Shown piece after piece: positions 58,798 to 64,000 of a stretch of 64,000 bases of DNA. The number at the start of each line of letters is the position of its first letter. The first letter of the stretch is position 1. Under the pieces are notes generated by a model. That model was not told the origin of the DNA and made no database searches. It saw nothing but the letters and a program-made list of their open reading frames with translations. A program made the translations under genes and the position numbers. Where the stretch lies: NCBI GenBank assembly GCA_019058315.1, contig JAHPZH010000002.1, positions 1,197,910-1,261,909 on the forward strand. Direction: 5' to 3'. This stretch comes from Candidatus Helarchaeota archaeon (GTDB taxonomy: Archaea > Asgardarchaeota > Lokiarchaeia > Helarchaeales > RDOG01).

Positions 58798-59454
58798 ATG
58801 GAAATTATTGAAAAATTCACCCTCCAAGGGCATACAGATAAAGTGACTTCGGTTACGGTTTCCCCCGACTCCAAGTATATTGTAAGCGGATCATGGGACG
58901 ATACCTTGAGGGTGTGGCAACTGGATACGGGAGTGCTTGTTCTCACTCTCCAAGGATATATGGAAGTAGTGGGTTCGGTCTCCCCCGATTCCAAGTACAT
59001 TGTAAGCGGATCAGCTAACAATACTGTAAACATCTGGCAGATGGATACGGGAGCGCTTGTTCGTACCCTCGAAGGGCATACAGATTGTGTGCTTTCGGTC
59101 GCAGTCTCCCCCGACTCCAAGTACATTGTAAGCGGGTCAACTGATTATACCGTGAGGGTGTGGAGGCTGGATACGGGAGTATTTGTTCGCACCCTCCAAG
59201 GGCATACAGATGGTGTGAATTCGGTTGCGATCTCCCCCGACTCCGAGTACATTGTAAGCGGGTCAACTGACAATACCGTGAGGGTGTGGCGATTTGATAC
59301 GGGAGCACTTGTTCACACCCTCCAAGGGCATAAAGATAATGTGATTTCGGTCGCGGTCTCCCCCGACTCCAAATACATTGTAAGCGGAGGATGGGATAAT
59401 TCCGTGAGGGTGTGGAGGTTTGTGATGTCTGAGGAGAAAGGAAACAAAAAATAA
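58798..59454 (+). CDS. WD40-repeat protein (5 highly similar repeats)
   Basis: GHTD.V.SVAVSPDSKYIVSGS.D.TVRVW repeated five times. Confidence 0.95.
   Translation: MEIIEKFTLQGHTDKVTSVTVSPDSKYIVSGSWDDTLRVWQLDTGVLVLTLQGYMEVVGSVSPDSKYIVSGSANNTVNIWQMDTGALVRTLEGHTDCVLSVAVSPDSKYIVSGSTDYTVRVWRLDTGVFVRTLQGHTDGVNSVAISPDSEYIVSGSTDNTVRVWRFDTGALVHTLQGHKDNVISVAVSPDSKYIVSGGWDNSVRVWRFVMSEEKGNKK
58819..59420 (+). repeat. Near-identical 126-bp tandem repeat (first interval 120 bp)
   Basis: The TCCCCCGA anchor occurs at 58861, 58981, 59107, 59233 and 59359. Confidence 0.92.
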
Positions 59455-59487
59455 AAGGCTAAGAGAAAAGAAATAGATCCAAAAAAA

Positions 59488-60561
59488 CTATGCTATTGGA
59501 TAATATCCATATGTTTCAATGGCTTTTGAAATTGCTAATATGTTTGGTAGTGGAACATTCCATGGTAAAGCACAGATTGGGCTAACCATGTATCTTCCTC
59601 CAGGTGCTAGATTAAGAATATTTTCTTTTACTTTTTCTTCGACATCTAAAGGTGTTCCAGTTAGTAATTCTTGACTTACATCTATTGTTGCTCCCATTAT
59701 AGTAACTTTGGGAAATTTTTTCTTAAAATCAACCCAATAATTGATGTCTAGCGGATGTGATCCATTTACAGCTATAAAATCAATTTCATTACAAATTTCT
59801 TTAAAGTAAGGTTTCATTCCGCAATTGTGAAGAATAAAAGGAACTCCTAATTCTTTTTGCAATCTATTAATAAATTGACCCTCGAATTTCATAGCATCCT
59901 CAAAACTCATCATAGTTTTATTAAATGAATATCCTGTATAAAAGATAGAAGGAATAGGACCAACTTCCTTAGTCCAATCATGATATAGATTTATTTGAGA
60001 TTGATAAATTTTTTCACATAGTTCCAATAATATTTCTGGATTTTCACGCATATCCTTAAATGCTTGAACTCCTCGTAACTGTTGAACAAGATTCCAAATA
60101 CCGAGACTTAATGCATGTCCAACTTTTCTTTTTTCACGCACTCGTTTTACAGCAGCAAAAGTAGTTTTCCATAATTTAATTTCTTTATGATCAGGAAGTT
60201 TTAAATTTTCAATATCTTCTACAGTTTGGCAGATTTTTCCTTGTTCGATAAAAATTGGGAGGTAATCGAACCATTTTATTACATTTTTTTTATCATTCGC
60301 CTCTGCAAAGGCTAATGCTTCACTTGGTCCTGCCCATGCAGTTGGGATATGTAAAGTATCAACGTTTAAAAATTCACTTGCCATTATAGTAGAATCTGCT
60401 AGGATTTTTGGAGAACTATATAATGTTCTGACATTAATTCCGGCTATACGAGTAATCATTTGTTCCATAATTAGAGCAAAATATGGAACTCTGTCAACTT
60501 TTCCAGCACCTAATAATGTATTTATGAATCTTTTACTTGAAGCTTTCCAATCATGTGACAT
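59488..60561 (-). CDS. MtaA/CmuA-like methyltransferase (uroporphyrinogen decarboxylase superfamily)
   Basis: DRVP, QQLRG, zinc motif ILHNCG...SPICAL, LLTGTPLDV; ATG 60561 abuts the corrinoid gene stop. Confidence 0.85.
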   Translation of the reverse strand: MSHDWKASSKRFINTLLGAGKVDRVPYFALIMEQMITRIAGINVRTLYSSPKILADSTIMASEFLNVDTLHIPTAWAGPSEALAFAEANDKKNVIKWFDYLPIFIEQGKICQTVEDIENLKLPDHKEIKLWKTTFAAVKRVREKRKVGHALSLGIWNLVQQLRGVQAFKDMRENPEILLELCEKIYQSQINLYHDWTKEVGPIPSIFYTGYSFNKTMMSFEDAMKFEGQFINRLQKELGVPFILHNCGMKPYFKEICNEIDFIAVNGSHPLDINYWVDFKKKFPKVTIMGATIDVSQELLTGTPLDVEEKVKENILNLAPGGRYMVSPICALPWNVPLPNILAISKAIETYGYYPIA

Positions 60562-60562
60562 A

Positions 60563-61228
60563 TTATAAACCCTCATTACTTTTTAACGTAACAAGTTTTT
60601 TTATTTTTCTAATCCCATCCCATCCATCAACGGCAAAGTCATCTGCGCCTATCATCTCACAAGATTTCTTTGATAAAATTCCTCCACCAATAATAATTTT
60701 AGATTTAATATTCTCTTCCTTAAGTAACATTACTGTTTCTTGCATTTTTGTTATGGTGGCAGTCAATAAACCACTTAATCCTATAACATCTGGATTTATT
60801 TCTTTTGCTTTTTCAACAAATTTAATTGGAGGAACGTCAGTTCCTAAATCAACAACATTATAACCTTGACCTTGTAATAGCGAATTTATTATATTCTTCC
60901 CAATAGAATGAATATCTCCCTCTGGGGTTCCTATTAATATAGTTCCTAAAGATTTTTGGCCATTACTTTTTTGTAAATGAGGTTTTAATAATTCTACAGC
61001 TGTAGTCATGACATCTGCAGATAACAATAATTCTGGAAGGTAAATCTCTGATTTTTCATATAAATTTCCAATTTCTTCAGCTCCCTTGGCTATCCCCTCA
61101 TTTAAAATTTCTTTAACATCTAATCCGGATTGTAATGCTTCTTTTATTGATTCAATTGCTTGGTCTTTATTTCCTTCCATAATCGATTTAATTAATGACT
61201 CTATATTATCTTGCATTATTTTTACCAT
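60563..61228 (-). CDS. Methyltransferase corrinoid (B12-binding) protein
   Basis: EIYLPELL, GDIHSIGKNI, DLGTDVP, GLSGLLT, IIGGG. Confidence 0.93.
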   Translation of the reverse strand: MVKIMQDNIESLIKSIMEGNKDQAIESIKEALQSGLDVKEILNEGIAKGAEEIGNLYEKSEIYLPELLLSADVMTTAVELLKPHLQKSNGQKSLGTILIGTPEGDIHSIGKNIINSLLQGQGYNVVDLGTDVPPIKFVEKAKEINPDVIGLSGLLTATITKMQETVMLLKEENIKSKIIIGGGILSKKSCEMIGADDFAVDGWDGIRKIKKLVTLKSNEGL

Positions 61229-61343
61229 CCAAATTACTAACTCGGTGAAGTGTTTTCAATATTAAATAAAAATTTAAGTGTTATTTTAAAAATTAATTGT
61301 TAGATGTAAAATATTGTTAAGAATTAAAATACTTTATACCAGT

Positions 61344-64000
61344 TTACTCCCTCTTTAACATATTTCTTAAAACTTTGTTTAATATTCCTCCATTTCTATA
61401 ATATTCTAGTTCAATTGACGAATCCAACCGAACTTTTACTTTAAATTTCTTATCTTCTTTATTTTTATCTTTAATTATTACTGTTGCTTCTCCCATAGGC
61501 TTAATTCTACTTATTCCAACTATGTCGAAATTCTCATGCCCCGTAAGTTCTAATATATTACAATTTTCTCCTTCTTTAAATTCAAGAGGTAAGACTCCCA
61601 TACCAATTAGGTTGCTCCGGTGTATTCTCTCGTAAGATTCAGCTATTACCGCCTTCACTCCTAATAATTGAGCTCCTTTGGCAGCCCAATCTCTAGAGCT
61701 TCCAGTGCCATACTCTCTTCCAGCTAGAACAATCAAAGGAACATTATTCTTTTTATAAAGCATTGCGGCATCATAAATAGGCATTTCTTCACCAGTTGGT
61801 AAATATAATGTCCAATTTCCTTCTTTATCCGGAACTAATTTATTTTTAAGGCGAATATTACCAAAGGTTCCTCGCATCATAACCTCATGATTCCCACGCC
61901 TTGACCCAAAAGAATTGAAATCTTTCGGTTCTACTCCTTTTGAAATTAAATAGTTACCAGCTGGGTCTTTGGGAGGTATGGCTCCTGCTGGTGAAATGTG
62001 ATCAGTTGTAATTGAATCACCTAATAATGCCAGAACTCGAGCACCTATTATATCTTCTATTTCTGGAGATTCAAGAGAGAATCCTACGAAGAAAGGTGGT
62101 TCCCGAATATATGTCGAATTGGGTTCCCAATTAAAAATTTTACTTTTCGGAATATTTAAATTAAGCCATAAAGAAGATCCCTCAAAAATTTTAGAGTATC
62201 GCTTCTTAAATATTTCTGGTTTTATAAAGTTGTTCAATACTTGTTGAATTTCTTCTTTTTTTGGCCAAATACTTCGTAGATAGACAGATTTACAATTTGG
62301 ATCCTCACCTATCGGCTCATTTATAATATCCATATCTACTGTGCCTGCTATAGCATATGCGACTACTAAAGGTGGGGAAGCGAGATAGTTAGCTTTAATT
62401 AATGGATTCAAACGCCCTTCAAAATTTCGATTTCCACTAATTATACCCGCAACAACTAGATTTTTCTCCATTATTGCTTTTGCTACTTTTTCTGGAAGAG
62501 GTCCACTATTACCTATACAAGTAGTACAACCGTATCCTACTAAATAAAAACCCAATTTTTCAAGATAAGGCAATAGATCTGATGCTCTAAGATAATCAAT
62601 AGCGACTGTCGAACCCGGAGCTAAACTTGTTTTTATGTGTGATTTAACTCTTAGTCCATGTTCAACTGCGTTTCTCGCTAAAATTCCAGCTCCTATTAAT
62701 AATGAAGGATTTGAGGTATTTGTACAAGAAGATATCGCGGCAATAGCTATTGAACCGTGTGTGAATTTCCGAAATCCTCCAATCAAATCCTGGTCCTCCA
62801 ATTTTACTCCAAATGTCTTTCCAACTGCTTCATGGAATTTTTCCTTCATTTTACTGAGAGGAATTCGATCTTGTGGTCTTTTAGGACCTGCTAGACTTGG
62901 TTCTACACTACCAAGATCTAAATCTAGAATCTCACTATAAAAAATGTCTAGTTCTTTATCTGTTGAAAAAAGGTCTTGTTCTTTGGTATACCATTCAATA
63001 AATTCTACATGCTCTTTTTCTCTCCCAGTTTGTAACAGGTATTGGAGAGTTTCTTTATCTGTAGGAAAGAAGCCCATCGTAGCTCCATATTCAGGTGCCA
63101 TATTAGAAATCAAAGCTCTATCTGGCAAGCTCAAATTACTTATACCTGGTCCAAAAAATTCAACAAATTTACCTACAACCCCTTGTTTTCTGAGCTTTTC
63201 AGTAATTGTAAGAACAATATCAGTAGCAGTTACACCGTCTTTAATTTCTCCACTAAGTCTAACCCCCACTACTTCTGGAATTTGCATATAATAAGGTTGA
63301 CCAAGCATAACTGCTTCTGCTTCAATGCCTCCAACACCCCATCCCAAAACTCCTAAGCTATTTATCATCGTTGTGTGGGAATCGGCTCCAAGAACGGTAT
63401 CTGGAAAGGCAACTTGTTCCCCATTTATATTCCTTACTTGAACGACGGATGCTAAATACTCTAGATTTATTTGATGAATAATCCCCTTACCAGGTGGGAC
63501 AACTTTAAAATTATCAAATGCGTTTTGTGACCAGCGTAAGAAGGTATATCGTTCACGATTCCTTTCAAATTCTCTTTTCTCATTATATTCTTTAGCAGAG
63601 GACTCTCCATAACAATCTACTTGAATGGAATGATCAATTATGAGATCTACTGGTATTAAGGGATTTATTTTATTAGGATCTCCGCCAAGTCTTTGCATAG
63701 CAGATCTCATAGCAGCTAGATCGACTATAGCAGGAACTCCAGTTAAATCTTGCAGAATTACTCGAGCGGGAATAAATGGTATCTCATTTTCGGACATCTT
63801 TCTCGGATCCCATCTAGCCACTAATTCAACGTCCTCTTTGGTGATAATCTTTCCATCTACTTGTCGAAGAATAGCTTCCAGTAATACTTTAATGGAGTAA
63901 GGTAGACGAGATATATCTGCTATTCCTAACTCTTTAAGCCTATTAATGCGATAGATCGTTATCTTTCTAGAACCAATCTCGATAACATCTCTAGCTTTAA
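61344..64000 (-). CDS. acnA: Aconitate hydratase A (5' end beyond the window)
   Basis: LQDLTGVPA, DHSIQVD, DSHTTM, CTTCIGNSG, GSSRDWAAKG. The frame stays open upstream of 63821 (...ISRLPYSIKVLLEAILR...) to the window edge. Confidence 0.96.
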   Translation of the reverse strand, partial: KARDVIEIGSRKITIYRINRLKELGIADISRLPYSIKVLLEAILRQVDGKIITKEDVELVARWDPRKMSENEIPFIPARVILQDLTGVPAIVDLAAMRSAMQRLGGDPNKINPLIPVDLIIDHSIQVDCYGESSAKEYNEKREFERNRERYTFLRWSQNAFDNFKVVPPGKGIIHQINLEYLASVVQVRNINGEQVAFPDTVLGADSHTTMINSLGVLGWGVGGIEAEAVMLGQPYYMQIPEVVGVRLSGEIKDGVTATDIVLTITEKLRKQGVVGKFVEFFGPGISNLSLPDRALISNMAPEYGATMGFFPTDKETLQYLLQTGREKEHVEFIEWYTKEQDLFSTDKELDIFYSEILDLDLGSVEPSLAGPKRPQDRIPLSKMKEKFHEAVGKTFGVKLEDQDLIGGFRKFTHGSIAIAAISSCTNTSNPSLLIGAGILARNAVEHGLRVKSHIKTSLAPGSTVAIDYLRASDLLPYLEKLGFYLVGYGCTTCIGNSGPLPEKVAKAIMEKNLVVAGIISGNRNFEGRLNPLIKANYLASPPLVVAYAIAGTVDMDIINEPIGEDPNCKSVYLRSIWPKKEEIQQVLNNFIKPEIFKKRYSKIFEGSSLWLNLNIPKSKIFNWEPNSTYIREPPFFVGFSLESPEIEDIIGARVLALLGDSITTDHISPAGAIPPKDPAGNYLISKGVEPKDFNSFGSRRGNHEVMMRGTFGNIRLKNKLVPDKEGNWTLYLPTGEEMPIYDAAMLYKKNNVPLIVLAGREYGTGSSRDWAAKGAQLLGVKAVIAESYERIHRSNLIGMGVLPLEFKEGENCNILELTGHENFDIVGISRIKPMGEATVIIKDKNKEDKKFKVKVRLDSSIELEYYRNGGILNKVLRNMLKRE

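Noticed and set aside
58819-59420. WD40 repeats as a CRISPR array or DGR template/variable repeat
   Set aside because: These are in-frame coding repeats with no spacers, the differences are not adenine-specific, and there is no cas or reverse transcriptase gene in the window.
1006-63900. Numerous short antisense or overlapping ORFs in the track (e.g. 4646-4936, 9394-9741, 18599-18946, 55691-56125, 58794-59126, 62944-63291)
   Set aside because: They are shadows of well-supported genes on the opposite strand and carry no motifs of their own.
1-64000. tRNA/rRNA genes and pyrrolysine read-through
   Set aside because: No GC-rich cloverleaf or rRNA-like segment was seen in intergenic gaps, and the methyltransferase genes have no in-frame TAG.

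Overview
AT-rich archaeal chromosomal DNA, most likely from an Asgard archaeon (Lokiarchaeia/Helarchaeales-like). The evidence is an archaeal TyrRS and histone, three longin-domain proteins, SCP2, ankyrin, TPR, LRR and WD40 proteins, GGTGA/GGAG ribosome-binding sites and frequent TTG starts. Contents in order: (1) housekeeping and redox genes (hemA, OsmC, lplA, an SCP2 pair); (2) a split [NiFeSe] hydrogenase large subunit, with vhuA followed by a 51-codon selenoprotein gene vhuU that the ORF track misses (in-frame TGA in D-C-U-L-S-C-A-A-H) and a eukaryote-type SECIS whose core overlaps the vhuU stop codon, plus hycI/hypD/hypF/hypE; (3) aor, a C25-like peptidase, tyrS, longins, a QueG/Rdh-like protein and a histone; (4) three DNA methyltransferases with no nuclease; (5) a glycan-utilisation region (GH29, a clan-D-like GH, GH38, two paralogous MFS transporters, a serpin); (6) inside that region, an unusual gene run behind a palindromic operator: a membrane PH-domain/XRE-HTH fusion, a double XRE, a multi-pass membrane protein fused to the Spt5 KOW domain and an SDS22-like LRR protein, with a downstream coiled-coil protein sharing the LRR protein's C-terminal domain; (7) a GC-rich WD40 gene made of near-identical 126-bp repeats, a corrinoid protein/MtaA pair and aconitase. 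I found no rRNA, tRNA, CRISPR array, transposase or integrase. All family assignments are by motif recognition, not database search.
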